64,000 bases of DNA, from contig CAZCYZ010000002.1 in assembly GCA_964503465.1 (NCBI GenBank), forward strand, positions 6,995 to 70,994, given 5' to 3'. A model generated the notes under the pieces. The model saw only the letters and a list, made by a program, of their open reading frames with translations, was not told the origin of the DNA and did not search any database. Below are positions 53,466 through 62,924 of this stretch, one piece after another. Position numbers and translations under genes: made by a program. Each line of letters begins with the position of its first letter. Within the stretch, counting starts at the first letter, position 1. Source of the stretch: an uncultured Gammaproteobacteria bacterium. Its GTDB lineage: Bacteria; Patescibacteriota; Microgenomatia; UBA12405.

Positions 53466-54098
53466 ATGGCACAGTTGCCGAAGTCGATTAACAATCTGGT
53501 AAATGCTTTTGGCCAATTACCGGGTATTGGGCCCAAAAGTGCTACTAGACTGGCATTTTATTTATTAACCACTCCGACAACTTATGTGGCTAACCTAGCT
53601 GGGGCGATGTTGGAGGTGAAGGAGAAAGTTAAGGCATGTCGAGAGTGTTATTCGGTGACCGAAAGTGAGTTGTGTGATGTTTGCAAAGATGAGAAACGTA
53701 ACCATAGGCAGATTTGCGTGGTTGAGCGGGCAATGGACATGTTGGCAATCGAGAATGTGGGGGGTTATGGTGGTGTTTATCATGTTTTGGGTGGAGTAGT
53801 AAATCCATTGGAACATGTTGGCCCGGAAGATCTAAAAATTGCAGAATTATTAAAGAGACTTGGTAATTGGTCCGGCAGTGGCCGGACTTCGGATGATCTT
53901 GAGATCATCCTTGCAATGAATCCGACCATGGAAGGGGAGGCAACGGCGCTATATATCAAGAATCAAATAGCAAAAGTCAAAGGTTTGGCAGACATAAAGA
54001 TAACTAGAATTGGCAGTGGTTTGCCGATGGGAGCGGATTTGGAGTTTGCTGATCAGGCAACTATTGCCCGGGCGATGGAGGGACGAAGAGGATTATAA
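53466..54098 (+). CDS. recR: Recombination mediator RecR
   Basis: LPGIGPKSA.RLAF, CxxC..CxxC, YHVLGG, NPTMEGEATA, GLPMGADLEFAD. Confidence 0.96.
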   Translation: MAQLPKSINNLVNAFGQLPGIGPKSATRLAFYLLTTPTTYVANLAGAMLEVKEKVKACRECYSVTESELCDVCKDEKRNHRQICVVERAMDMLAIENVGGYGGVYHVLGGVVNPLEHVGPEDLKIAELLKRLGNWSGSGRTSDDLEIILAMNPTMEGEATALYIKNQIAKVKGLADIKITRIGSGLPMGADLEFADQATIARAMEGRRGL

Positions 54099-54137
54099 AA
54101 ATCCTTTGATTCACGGATTTTGTTAGAATGATGGTAT

Positions 54138-54614
54138 ATGACATTCTCGATTCCCAAACAAGTATTGCAGGGATTAAAACAGGTGGTGGTGGAAACAGGG
54201 GAGCAGGCGGTAGAGAATACGGTAAAAGCGGTAGATGCGGTAATAAGTGGTAAGGAATTGGTGGCTGATGCCAAAGAAATTGGACAGAAACATGAAGAGG
54301 CACTAAAGAAAAAGGATCAAGAAGAATTGGCTAAGTTGCGTCAAGGAATGGGGAGGAATGTAGAACCGGAAATAAAACAAGTTAGGGATGAAAAAAAACG
54401 GGAGGAGGAGGATAAAGAGAGGGTGTTTTTGGAAAATCTAAAAAGGCAGCGGGAGGCGGAGCAGGCGGAAATGGCGGCGGTAATGTCGTTGGAGTCGGCT
54501 AATCCAGCCAAAAGAAAAAAGAAACGAGGTAGTGCTTTTGCTAAAGGTGGTAAGTCACGACCGTCACAGAGTGATATGTCGGCAACGGGTGAATTTAAAG
54601 GGAAGGTTGATTGA
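54138..54614 (+). CDS. Hypothetical charged helical protein
   Basis: 158-aa ORF; TAGAAT 8 nt before ATG. Confidence 0.7.
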   Translation: MTFSIPKQVLQGLKQVVVETGEQAVENTVKAVDAVISGKELVADAKEIGQKHEEALKKKDQEELAKLRQGMGRNVEPEIKQVRDEKKREEEDKERVFLENLKRQREAEQAEMAAVMSLESANPAKRKKKRGSAFAKGGKSRPSQSDMSATGEFKGKVD

Positions 54615-54632
54615 TGTGCTAAGATAAAGAAA

Positions 54633-54680
54633 ATGAAAATTTCAAAATATTTTGAATTGATCTGTTGTACCTCCTGTTGA
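54633..54680 (+). CDS. Cys-rich leader peptide MKISKYFELICCTSC
   Basis: Manual translation; three TGT codons among the last five; TGcTAAGAT extended -10 7 nt before ATG. Confidence 0.8.
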   Translation: MKISKYFELICCTSC

Positions 54681-54727
54681 CGGGAGGTATTAGTGGCTTT
54701 TGACCTCCCAAAATTGGGAGGTTTTTT
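54668..54727 (+). promoter_or_regulatory. Transcription attenuator (1:2, 2:3, 3:4) with intrinsic terminator
   Basis: Segment 1 TACCTCC 54668-74, segment 2 GGGAGGTA 54682-89, segment 3 ACCTCCCA 54703-10, segment 4 TGGGAGGT 54715-22, then a T-tract. Confidence 0.85.
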
Positions 54728-54745
54728 GTTTTTTAAAAATAATTT

Positions 54746-55609
54746 ATGCAAAATAATAATTTAATAAAATTAATTGGAAATACGCCGGTAATCGAGCTGA
54801 CTGGTTATTCTAGGAAAGGAGTTAGAATTATGGCGAAAATTGAGGGGGGGAATCCTGGTGGGTCGATTAAAGATAGGGTGGGATGGTACTTGATCAAGGA
54901 TGCTTTGGGCAACGGGAGGATTGGGAAGAAGACAGTATTGATTGAATCAACCAGCGGTAATACAGGGATTGGAATGGCGATGATTTCGGCCTCGATGGGG
55001 ATAAAATTTATAGCGGTAATGAAAAATAATGTAAGTTTGGAAAGAAGGAAGATAATAGAAAGTTATGGGGCAACGGCGGTGGTAACAGATGATCCGTTTG
55101 AATACGTGAGGGGAATATTGGAGGAAAGCAGAAATTATTTGTGGCTTAATCAGTATCAGAATATTGCCAATGTATTGGCGCACTATGAAACGACTGGTCA
55201 GGAGCTAGTAAACCAAATACCTGAAGTGACTCACTTTGTGGCCGGAATGGGGACAGGTGGGACGTTAATGGGAGTAGGAAGAAAATTAAAAAGATGGAAG
55301 AAGGTAGTGGAGATTTTTGGGGTCGAACCGTCGGGGGATTCGGCTATACAAGGATTAAGAAATCATGGGAAATATACCCCGGAAATATTTAAGAGGGATG
55401 AACTTGATGGGGTGATGAGGGTTGAAGATGAAGCGGCTTTTGATTTGGCTAGAGATTTGGCAAAACGACATGGTTTGTCGGTGGGAATATCGTCTGGAGC
55501 GGCACTGTGGGGGGCAATAGAAGTAGGCAAAAAGGTCGGGGAGGGGACAATTGTAACTGTATTTCCTGACAAGGGGGATAGGTATTTGTCTACTAAGTTA
55601 TTTAATTAA
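54746..55609 (+). CDS. cysK: Cysteine synthase (CysK/CysM family, PLP)
   Basis: IGNTP, K.EG.NPGGSIKDR, ESTSGNTG, NQY.N..N..AHYETTG, GMGTGGT, GISSGA, FPD.GDRYLST. CysK versus CysM not resolved. Confidence 0.88.
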   Translation: MQNNNLIKLIGNTPVIELTGYSRKGVRIMAKIEGGNPGGSIKDRVGWYLIKDALGNGRIGKKTVLIESTSGNTGIGMAMISASMGIKFIAVMKNNVSLERRKIIESYGATAVVTDDPFEYVRGILEESRNYLWLNQYQNIANVLAHYETTGQELVNQIPEVTHFVAGMGTGGTLMGVGRKLKRWKKVVEIFGVEPSGDSAIQGLRNHGKYTPEIFKRDELDGVMRVEDEAAFDLARDLAKRHGLSVGISSGAALWGAIEVGKKVGEGTIVTVFPDKGDRYLSTKLFN

Positions 55610-55629
55610 AATTTAGGTAAAATCAGATT

Positions 55630-57006
55630 ATGCAAAAAGTTTATTTGTACAACACGGCTACAAGAAAGAAAGAGGAGTTTAAACCGGTTATTGAAGGCAA
55701 GGTGGGGATCTATTCCTGTGGGCCGACGGTTTATTGGAATCAGCATATTGGTAATATGTATGCCTTTACTGTTTGGGATACTTTAGTCAGAGCCTTGCAG
55801 TATGTGGGTTACGAAACAAAGTGGGTGGTCAATATTACTGATGTTGGCCACAATACGTCGGATGCAGACAGTGGTGAAGACAAGATGGAAAAGGGGGCGA
55901 AACGAGAAAGCCTGTCGGTATGGGAAATTGCCAAAAAATACGAAGCCCAATATGTTGATAGTTTGCAGAAATTAAACATTAAACCTGATATATCGCCGCG
56001 AGCAACGGAACATATTAAGGAACAAATTGATTTGGCTCAAAAAATTGAAGCCAATGGGTTTGCCTACAAAACTAAAACCGGATTAGTGTTTGATACCGGT
56101 AAGTTTGGTGATTATGCTAAGTTTGCTAATTTAAAATTGGAGGAAATGGAGTCGGGGGCGAGGGTAGAAGTGGACAGGGAAAAGAAAAATCCTTGGGATT
56201 TTTTGTTGTGGGTGACCAATCAACCAAATCATATTATGCAATGGGACAGTCCTTGGGGGAGGGGATTTCCGGGTTGGCATTTGGAGTGTACGGCGATGTC
56301 AACAAAATATTTGGGGGAAACTTTTGATATTCACACTGGAGGAATTGAACATATCGGGGTGCATCATACCGATGAGATTGCCCAAGGTTTTGGGGCTTTT
56401 GGTCATCAAACGGCGAAATTCTGGATGCACAATGCGTGGCTGACTCTAAAAGAAGGAAAAATGAGCAAGAGTTTGGGGAATGTATACACAGTTGGGCAGT
56501 TAATTGAGATGGGCTATGATCCGCTGGCTTATAGATATTTGGTTTTAAGTTCCCACTATCGAAAAGGGTTGGTGTTTTCGCTGGAGTCATTATCGGCAGC
56601 TCAGGTGGCGTTGTTTAAGCTAAGAGATTTGGCGGGTGGGAGTGGAATGGTGGGTGAGGTGCATCAGGGGTATCGAGAGCAGTTTGGTGGATTGGTGGTC
56701 GATGATTTGGCGACACCAGAAGCATTGGCGTTAATGTGGAAACTGGTTAAGGACGTATCGGTGAAGGATGAGGATAAGCGGGCAACAATTTTGGATTTTG
56801 ATAGGGTGCTGGGGTTGGAGTTGGTCCGCCGGTTGGCGGATGAGGTGCCGGAGGAGATCAAGGAACTGGTCAAGAAGCGGGAAGAAGCCAGACTCTCCAC
56901 AAACTTCCAAGAGTCTGATAGAATAAGGGAGGAAATAAAAAGCCGTGGCTATGTGTTAGAAGATACGGCAGATGGTTGTAAAATAAAAAAACTCATGTTA
57001 TCTTAG
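55630..57006 (+). CDS. cysS: Cysteine--tRNA ligase
   Basis: YSCGPTVY, HIGN, G.PGWHLEC.AMS, DIHTGG, KMSKS. Confidence 0.97.
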   Translation: MQKVYLYNTATRKKEEFKPVIEGKVGIYSCGPTVYWNQHIGNMYAFTVWDTLVRALQYVGYETKWVVNITDVGHNTSDADSGEDKMEKGAKRESLSVWEIAKKYEAQYVDSLQKLNIKPDISPRATEHIKEQIDLAQKIEANGFAYKTKTGLVFDTGKFGDYAKFANLKLEEMESGARVEVDREKKNPWDFLLWVTNQPNHIMQWDSPWGRGFPGWHLECTAMSTKYLGETFDIHTGGIEHIGVHHTDEIAQGFGAFGHQTAKFWMHNAWLTLKEGKMSKSLGNVYTVGQLIEMGYDPLAYRYLVLSSHYRKGLVFSLESLSAAQVALFKLRDLAGGSGMVGEVHQGYREQFGGLVVDDLATPEALALMWKLVKDVSVKDEDKRATILDFDRVLGLELVRRLADEVPEEIKELVKKREEARLSTNFQESDRIREEIKSRGYVLEDTADGCKIKKLMLS

Positions 57007-57023
57007 ACCGTTTATAACAATGT

Positions 57024-57305
57024 ATGAAAGAAGAATATAGTTTGGTAGTGGTGTTTAAACCCGGTTTAACCGAGAAGGAATTGCCGGTGGATAAGGTGGT
57101 TACATGGGTAGAGGAAGTTGGAGGGAAGGTAGTGGCCAAAAACCATCTGGGACTAAAGAGTCTGGCTTATAGAATTAAAACTTTCAATAAAGGTGATTTT
57201 TGGGAGCTGGAGATTGAGTCGGCAAGACCGTTGAAGATAAAAGACCTAAGTTTATACATGAATCGAGAAACAAATGTTATTCGTTATTTAGTATTAAGGA
57301 AATAA
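57024..57305 (+). CDS. rpsF: 30S ribosomal protein S6
   Basis: Y.L.VV..P, GG.V, G.K.LAY.I, VIRYLV; rpsF-ssb-rpsR order. Confidence 0.9.
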   Translation: MKEEYSLVVVFKPGLTEKELPVDKVVTWVEEVGGKVVAKNHLGLKSLAYRIKTFNKGDFWELEIESARPLKIKDLSLYMNRETNVIRYLVLRK

Positions 57306-57306
57306 T

Positions 57307-57807
57307 ATGCCTAGTAGATGCTTAAACAGGGTAATGTTAATTGGTAATTTAACTCGTGACCCAGAGTTACGTTATACTCCAGGCGGGATGGCGGTAGTGT
57401 CATTTGGTTTGGCGACTAATAGAGTTTGGGTGACCAAACAAGGAGAAAGGAAGGAAGATGCTCAATTTCATCGAATAGTAGCTTGGAACAAATTGGCCGA
57501 ACTATGCTCACAACTGTTGGCCAAGGGTCGAAGAATTTATGTTGAGGGTCGAATTCAATATCGAGAGATTACTGATGCGAGTGGTAACAGAAAGCAGGTA
57601 TCAGAAATTGTGATTGATGACATGATAATTTTGGACAACAAAGGGCAGAATCAAGCCGGAGCAGAACATAGCACTCCAGATTTAGCTGGTGAAGCACCAG
57701 TAGCCGAAGAGGAAGTTCCGGCCGATTTGGGGGAGATAGTAATTCCCGATATAGAGGAGAAAACTGAGGATAAAAAAGAAGACAAAGTTGAAGAGGTTCC
57801 TTTTTAG
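57307..57807 (+). CDS. ssb: Single-stranded DNA-binding protein
   Basis: LNRVMLIGNLTRDPELRYTP.G, acidic tail ending EVPF. Confidence 0.97.
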   Translation: MPSRCLNRVMLIGNLTRDPELRYTPGGMAVVSFGLATNRVWVTKQGERKEDAQFHRIVAWNKLAELCSQLLAKGRRIYVEGRIQYREITDASGNRKQVSEIVIDDMIILDNKGQNQAGAEHSTPDLAGEAPVAEEEVPADLGEIVIPDIEEKTEDKKEDKVEEVPF

Positions 57808-57816
57808 ACAAAATTT

Positions 57817-58047
57817 ATGGCAACCAAAGTTAGAAGAATCAAAACCAACAAGCCGTGTGCCTTTTGCGGATCTAAAACATTACCTGTGTGGTCTGACTAT
57901 GAAAAGTTGGTGGAATATTTATCGCCTCGGGGGAGAATGTTGCCGCGAATGTTAACGGGTGTTTGTGTCAAACATCAGCGGGAACTAGCGACGGCAATTA
58001 AGCAGGCAAGACATTTGGGATTGTTGCCATTCACTACTTTGGTCTAA
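57817..58047 (+). CDS. rpsR: 30S ribosomal protein S18
   Basis: CAFC, L..YLS.RG...PR..TGVC.KHQR.LA.AIKQAR.LGLLPF. Confidence 0.95.
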   Translation: MATKVRRIKTNKPCAFCGSKTLPVWSDYEKLVEYLSPRGRMLPRMLTGVCVKHQRELATAIKQARHLGLLPFTTLV

Positions 58048-58064
58048 CGTAGTAAAATCTTTGG

Positions 58065-58814
58065 ATGAAGACAAAAGTTAAGGCCAGGTGGGTGGTGGAA
58101 GTGCCGTCGGGGGCCAAGGTATTGGTTAGCAAGGGGCAGGAAGTTAGGCAGGGAGAGTTGTTGTCCAAGTTTAGTCAAGTTCGAGTGGAACGGGTAAATT
58201 GCCGGTCGATGTTGTTGCGTTTAGGAAGGGGTGAGATTGATGAGCTTAACAAGATGGGGGGTACTCGAATAACTAAGGGAGAAACCTTTTTTAAAGGTAA
58301 GGGTTTTGGTGGGGTTAAGTTGGTGGCTCCGGTGGATGGAAAATTCTTGAGTGTAGATGAGTTTGGGAATTTGTTAATTGAAGTCGAGACTGGAGAAAAA
58401 CGGGAGTTACGAAGTCCAGTGGCGGGAAGAGTATTTGAGGTTGAAGGTGGAGAGGTTGGGTTAGAATTTGAGGCCAGAGAATTTAAGGGTGAAGGGGTGG
58501 GCTCGGGACGCGTCTGGGCCAGTGGAGAGTTTAAATTACTTAATAAATTAAGCGATCTGGATTGGCACTATGAGGGAAGGGTGATATTTTGCGATCAGAT
58601 TAGCTTGGCAATGGTGAACAAGGCGGAGGTGGTTGGAGTAAAAGCCTTAGTAGCCAAGGGGGGCAGGGACGATGATTTTGATAAAATGGATGTTACCTTT
58701 CCGATTATGCTGTTGTCGGCAGATGACATGGAGGCTTTGGGACAGGCGATGGTTAAGGAAGGGGAGTGTCAGTTGTTATTGGATGTGGCCGAAGATAGAT
58801 TATTAGTAGTCTAA
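58065..58814 (+). CDS. Hypothetical protein with barrel-sandwich-hybrid-like half motifs
   Basis: VLVSKGQEVRQGELL, APVDG and SPVAG.V motifs. Confidence 0.6.
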   Translation: MKTKVKARWVVEVPSGAKVLVSKGQEVRQGELLSKFSQVRVERVNCRSMLLRLGRGEIDELNKMGGTRITKGETFFKGKGFGGVKLVAPVDGKFLSVDEFGNLLIEVETGEKRELRSPVAGRVFEVEGGEVGLEFEAREFKGEGVGSGRVWASGEFKLLNKLSDLDWHYEGRVIFCDQISLAMVNKAEVVGVKALVAKGGRDDDFDKMDVTFPIMLLSADDMEALGQAMVKEGECQLLLDVAEDRLLVV

Positions 58815-58821
58815 AATATAA

Positions 58822-60015
58822 ATGAAAAAAATTAGAAATATCGCGTTGGGATTACTAGTGTTGACGGTGGTGGGGGTGGGGAGTTTTTGGTTGGGGGAAC
58901 GACGGGTGGTGGCCGGTATTGAGGAGTCGGGAAAACTTGACTTGTCACTGATGTGGAAGGTCAAGGAAAAGTTGGGGGAGAGTTTTTTGGAAAAGGACAA
59001 AATTGATAATAAAAACTTAATTTACGGAGCAATCGAGGGGATGGTGGCGGCTCTCGACGATCCCTACACTGTGTTTCTACCACCGAAAGATAACAAATCA
59101 GCCAATGAGGATTTACAAGGTGAGTTTGGTGGAGTAGGAATACAGTTGGGGTACAAGGATAAAACCTTGTCGGTAATGACACCGTTACCTAAAACTCCAG
59201 CGGCCAATGCAGGCTTAGTGGCTGGAGATTTAATACTAAAAATTGTTGACAAGAAAAAAAATGTTGACCGGGATACGACGGGAATTAGTTTGGCCGAGGC
59301 AGTGGAATTAATTAGAGGGGAAATTGGGACCGAAGTGACTTTAAAAATATTTAGGGAGGGGAAGGATGAAGCGTTTGATGTGGCCTTGAAACGGGATAAT
59401 ATTGTGGTTCCAAGTTTGGAGTTGGAGTGGATTGAGAAGGATGGGGGGAAGGTTGCTTGGGTGAAACTTTACAAGTTTAGCGAGCAGGTATACAACGATT
59501 GGCCAGCAATGGTTAGTAAAATTGCAGCTGAGAAGCATGACGGTATAGTGTTGGATTTGAGGAATAACCCCGGTGGATTTTTGCAGGCAAGTGTCTTGGT
59601 CGGATCTGATTTTATTGCTGATGGAGTAATAACTTCACAGCAATCATCGGATGGACGAGAAGAGAAATATTATGTTGATAAAAGTCGGCGGAAATTGTTG
59701 GGTGACAAGTTGGTGGTATTGGTTAATGGGGGTTCAGCGTCAGCGGCAGAAATTTTGGCTGGGGCGATTAAAGAGTATGGACGAGGGAAGTTGGTGGGGG
59801 AGAAAACTTTTGGTAAGGGTACGGTTCAACAACCCCAAGATTTTCCGGATGGATCGGGGTTACATGTAACAGTAGCCAAATGGTTATTGCCAAATGGTAA
59901 AAATATTCACAAGGAGGGAGTGATGCCCGACATAGAGGTCAAATTTGTGCGAGACGAGAAGGATCCGAAGAAAGACAACCAACTTGATCGGGCGGTGGAA
60001 GAATTATTGAAATAA
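58822..60015 (+). CDS. ctpA: C-terminal processing protease (S41A)
   Basis: LDDPYT, PDZ domain, LDLRNNPGG, SASAAEI, TFGKGTVQ, G..PDI.V. Confidence 0.93.
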   Translation: MKKIRNIALGLLVLTVVGVGSFWLGERRVVAGIEESGKLDLSLMWKVKEKLGESFLEKDKIDNKNLIYGAIEGMVAALDDPYTVFLPPKDNKSANEDLQGEFGGVGIQLGYKDKTLSVMTPLPKTPAANAGLVAGDLILKIVDKKKNVDRDTTGISLAEAVELIRGEIGTEVTLKIFREGKDEAFDVALKRDNIVVPSLELEWIEKDGGKVAWVKLYKFSEQVYNDWPAMVSKIAAEKHDGIVLDLRNNPGGFLQASVLVGSDFIADGVITSQQSSDGREEKYYVDKSRRKLLGDKLVVLVNGGSASAAEILAGAIKEYGRGKLVGEKTFGKGTVQQPQDFPDGSGLHVTVAKWLLPNGKNIHKEGVMPDIEVKFVRDEKDPKKDNQLDRAVEELLK

Positions 60016-60059
60016 TTTTTCAGAATATCTTCAGATTGTGTTTATAATATAATTTGTTT

Positions 60060-61217
60060 ATGGATAGCAAAACAATAAGGAGTTTTTTGGGAGGATTGGT
60101 AGTTGGTGGGGTGCTGGTGGCTGGGGTGGTTGGAGGGGTGTTGATTGACCGAAAGATCTTAGTCAAGGGTGGTAACGGGGCAATAGAGGTTGGAGGTGGG
60201 GGAACGAGGGAGATCGTGGATGAGGAATCGGTAGTGACAAAGGTGGTTGAACAGGCAACTCCGAGTGTGGTAACGGTGTCGATTAGCAAAACTCAACGGT
60301 TGTCTTTTGATCCTTTTGGCTTTGATTTTTTTGGAGGCTTTTTTAATATCCCCCGACAGCAAACCCAGGAGCAGAAAATTGAACAGGATATTGGTACTGG
60401 CTTTATTATTAGTGCCGATGGATTGATAGTAACCAATAAGCACGTGGTGTCCGATACACAAGCAAAATATAAAGTAGTTATTGGCAAGGACGAGGTAATT
60501 GAGGTTAAGGATATCTATCGTGATCCAGTAACTGATTTGGCGATTTTACGAGTGGATAGGAAAGATTTAAAGCCGGTGAAGTTGGGTGACTCAAGTAAAT
60601 TAAAAGTTGGTCAAACAGTGATTGCTATTGGAACAGCTTTGGGGGAGTTTCGGTCAACGGTAACCACTGGAGTGATATCGGGTCTAGGGCGGGGGATCAC
60701 TGCCGGCAGTCCTTTTGAAGGATCAGAGAAGCTTGATGATGTAATTCAAACCGACGCGGCTATTAACCCCGGGAACTCGGGTGGACCACTGTTTAACTCC
60801 TCTGGTGAGGTGATTGGGGTTAATGTGGCCGTGTCCCAGTCGGGACAGAATATTGGTTTTGCCTTGCCAATAAACTTGGTTAAGGAATCGATTAACAATT
60901 TTAAAACAACTGGGGAGTTTGAAAGGCCGTATTTGGGGGTATCTTACAAGTTAATTAGTAAGCAGGCAGCACTTCTTAATGAAGTTCCGGCTGGGGCGTA
61001 TGTTCAAGAGGTGGTAGCAGATAGCCCGGCGGCGAAGGCAGGAATCAAGGTGGGGGATATAATTACTGAAATTGATGGACAAAAATTAGTTGACGGTAAG
61101 GACACTTCTTTGGCGACAATGGTTAACAGGAAGAAGGTGGGGGATAGTCTGAAGGTTAAGTATTGGCGAGATGGTAAGGATGCGACAGTAGAGGTGAAGT
61201 TGGAGAAGAGGCAGTAA
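60060..61217 (+). CDS. htrA: HtrA/DegP-family serine protease with PDZ
   Basis: GTGFII, TNKHVV, DLA, IQTDAAINPGNSGGPL, C-terminal PDZ. Confidence 0.93.
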   Translation: MDSKTIRSFLGGLVVGGVLVAGVVGGVLIDRKILVKGGNGAIEVGGGGTREIVDEESVVTKVVEQATPSVVTVSISKTQRLSFDPFGFDFFGGFFNIPRQQTQEQKIEQDIGTGFIISADGLIVTNKHVVSDTQAKYKVVIGKDEVIEVKDIYRDPVTDLAILRVDRKDLKPVKLGDSSKLKVGQTVIAIGTALGEFRSTVTTGVISGLGRGITAGSPFEGSEKLDDVIQTDAAINPGNSGGPLFNSSGEVIGVNVAVSQSGQNIGFALPINLVKESINNFKTTGEFERPYLGVSYKLISKQAALLNEVPAGAYVQEVVADSPAAKAGIKVGDIITEIDGQKLVDGKDTSLATMVNRKKVGDSLKVKYWRDGKDATVEVKLEKRQ

Positions 61218-61218
61218 A

Positions 61219-61641
61219 TTAACGACGCTGGTAAGAGGTGATGCTTGATGTTGGTGGTAAATCTTCGCCGCCAACCGCCACATTTATTTTGAAGTTGTCG
61301 GTGTGTCCACTCAGTCTTTGTTTTATGGCCAAAGCGGCTTTGGTTCTATCGCGCCGAGTGTCGGCATAGGCTTCAGTGAGACCTGATACGTTTGGTTGTC
61401 CCCACGGATGCCATATGGCTTGATATTTGAATGAGCCAGCTTTTTGGTTTTCTTCTTCAAGTTCCTTTACTGTGAGGGCTAGTCGAGGGTCAATAATATT
61501 GGCATGTGTCATTGTGCCGTCTGATCTGATGATAATGCTACCTGCATTTTCTCTACCAGACCCGTGGCGTGAAGCGATGGTTATTTTAACTTCACGAGTG
61601 TCGACTTTGGGGTGTAAGAGTTGTTCTATTGTCTTAAGCAT
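61219..61641 (-). CDS. Hypothetical protein
   Basis: 140-aa ATG ORF convergent with htrA. Confidence 0.55.
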   Translation of the reverse strand: MLKTIEQLLHPKVDTREVKITIASRHGSGRENAGSIIIRSDGTMTHANIIDPRLALTVKELEEENQKAGSFKYQAIWHPWGQPNVSGLTEAYADTRRDRTKAALAIKQRLSGHTDNFKINVAVGGEDLPPTSSITSYQRR

Positions 61642-61781
61642 TGTAACGGAAAACTATAACTATCTTTCGATTAAGGTCAGCGTGGAACGGAATCTGGCTT
61701 CGACTAATAACATGGCCTATAATACCAAACTCAAGGGAAAAGTCAAATTTCTGGACGTCGTGACATATGCGGTTGTTTTTT

Positions 61782-61985
61782 TTATTTGTGAGATGGGCGG
61801 CCGGTAATTAGATCGATGTCTGGTTTGGGAGCTTTTGGTTGACTGCCGATTTTGGGTAATTTCTCCACATTTGGGAGTGTTGGAAGTCGAGGTGTTTTTT
61901 CAGGTCGGCGTTGGGTTCTATTGGGTGGATGTCTATGACCGCCTTCTAGGCCAGTCAGTTTTTCCCAACTAGGAGATAATGACAT
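61782..61985 (-). CDS. Small Pro-rich hypothetical protein
   Basis: 67 aa; TATAAT 5 nt before ATG. Confidence 0.55.
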   Translation of the reverse strand: MSLSPSWEKLTGLEGGHRHPPNRTQRRPEKTPRLPTLPNVEKLPKIGSQPKAPKPDIDLITGRPSHK

Positions 61986-62008
61986 GGGGGATTATATCAT
62001 ATTATGGG

Positions 62009-62248
62009 TTATTTTTTGGATGGAGGGGGAGAGGGGGGCTGGTCAGAGGCACAGTGGCCCCAATCTGGAACTATGCCATCTTTGGAGACGTTTTTGCATA
62101 GGGCACTGGCAGCTTGTTTTGGATCACGAGGGTTGATGACGTCTAGACAACGTTTACAGAATGGCCCGTATCGTTCCCGGCAATTTTCAGGAGTTTTGGG
62201 AGGGTTGGTCAGAAGGATTAAGAATTGATAACTCAAGAAGTAGGTCAA
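62009..62248 (-). CDS. Small hypothetical protein with 5 Cys
   Basis: TTG ORF overlapping the end of prfA; start uncertain. Confidence 0.4.
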   Translation of the reverse strand: MTYFLSYQFLILLTNPPKTPENCRERYGPFCKRCLDVINPRDPKQAASALCKNVSKDGIVPDWGHCASDQPPSPPPSKK

Positions 62249-62915
62249 CTAAATCACCATCGAGACAAGAAGAAAGATTGAAGGATTTGTTGATACGGTG
62301 ATCTTTGATTTGATTACGAGCATAATTGTAGGTACGGATTTTATCGGCTCGAAGAGCCTGGCCAATAGAGGAGCGGGCGGAGCCAATTTGACTTGATCGG
62401 TGCTCTTCTTCGATTTGCCACAATTTGGCACGCAACAACTCCATGGCAATTTCCCGGTTTTGTTGTTGGGAACGTTCTTGACGAACGGAGAAAGTTAAGC
62501 CGGTGGGTTTGTGAAGCAATCTAACGGCAGTACTGACTTTGTTAACATTTTGACCGCCATGACCGCCGGCGCGGGAAGCAGTGATTTCAACATCATCGGG
62601 ATTAATCTGAACATCGGAGGAAATTATTTGGGGGAGGACAACAATGGCCGCAGTGGAAGTGTGAATTCGGCCGTGTTTTTCGGTGACTGGGATACGTTGG
62701 ACTCGGTGGGTACCGGTTTCCCACTTAAGTTGATCATAGGCGCCGATACCGCTAATTTTGATGACATTGTCGTCAAGTTCACTGACCTTCCAACCAACTT
62801 TATTAGCGTAGCGAATGTACATTTTTTGAAGGTCGGAAAGCCAAAGATAGGATTCTTCACCACCAGGTCCGGGACGAAATTCAAGGATAGCAATGTCGGG
62901 ATTAATTGTAGGCAC
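62187..62915 (-). CDS. prfA: Peptide chain release factor 1 lacking N-terminal domain 1
   Basis: [26 protein letters not shown] (PxT = RF1), [15 protein letters not shown]; directly downstream of rpmE. Confidence 0.9.
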   Translation of the reverse strand: MPTINPDIAILEFRPGPGGEESYLWLSDLQKMYIRYANKVGWKVSELDDNVIKISGIGAYDQLKWETGTHRVQRIPVTEKHGRIHTSTAAIVVLPQIISSDVQINPDDVEITASRAGGHGGQNVNKVSTAVRLLHKPTGLTFSVRQERSQQQNREIAMELLRAKLWQIEEEHRSSQIGSARSSIGQALRADKIRTYNYARNQIKDHRINKSFNLSSCLDGDLVDLLLELSILNPSDQPSQNS

Positions 62916-62924
62916 AGTGATTAG

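Noticed and set aside
54614-54745. T-box or SAM riboswitch upstream of cysK-cysS
   Set aside because: Too short and lacks T-box and SAM-I consensus; the leader-peptide attenuator explains the structure.
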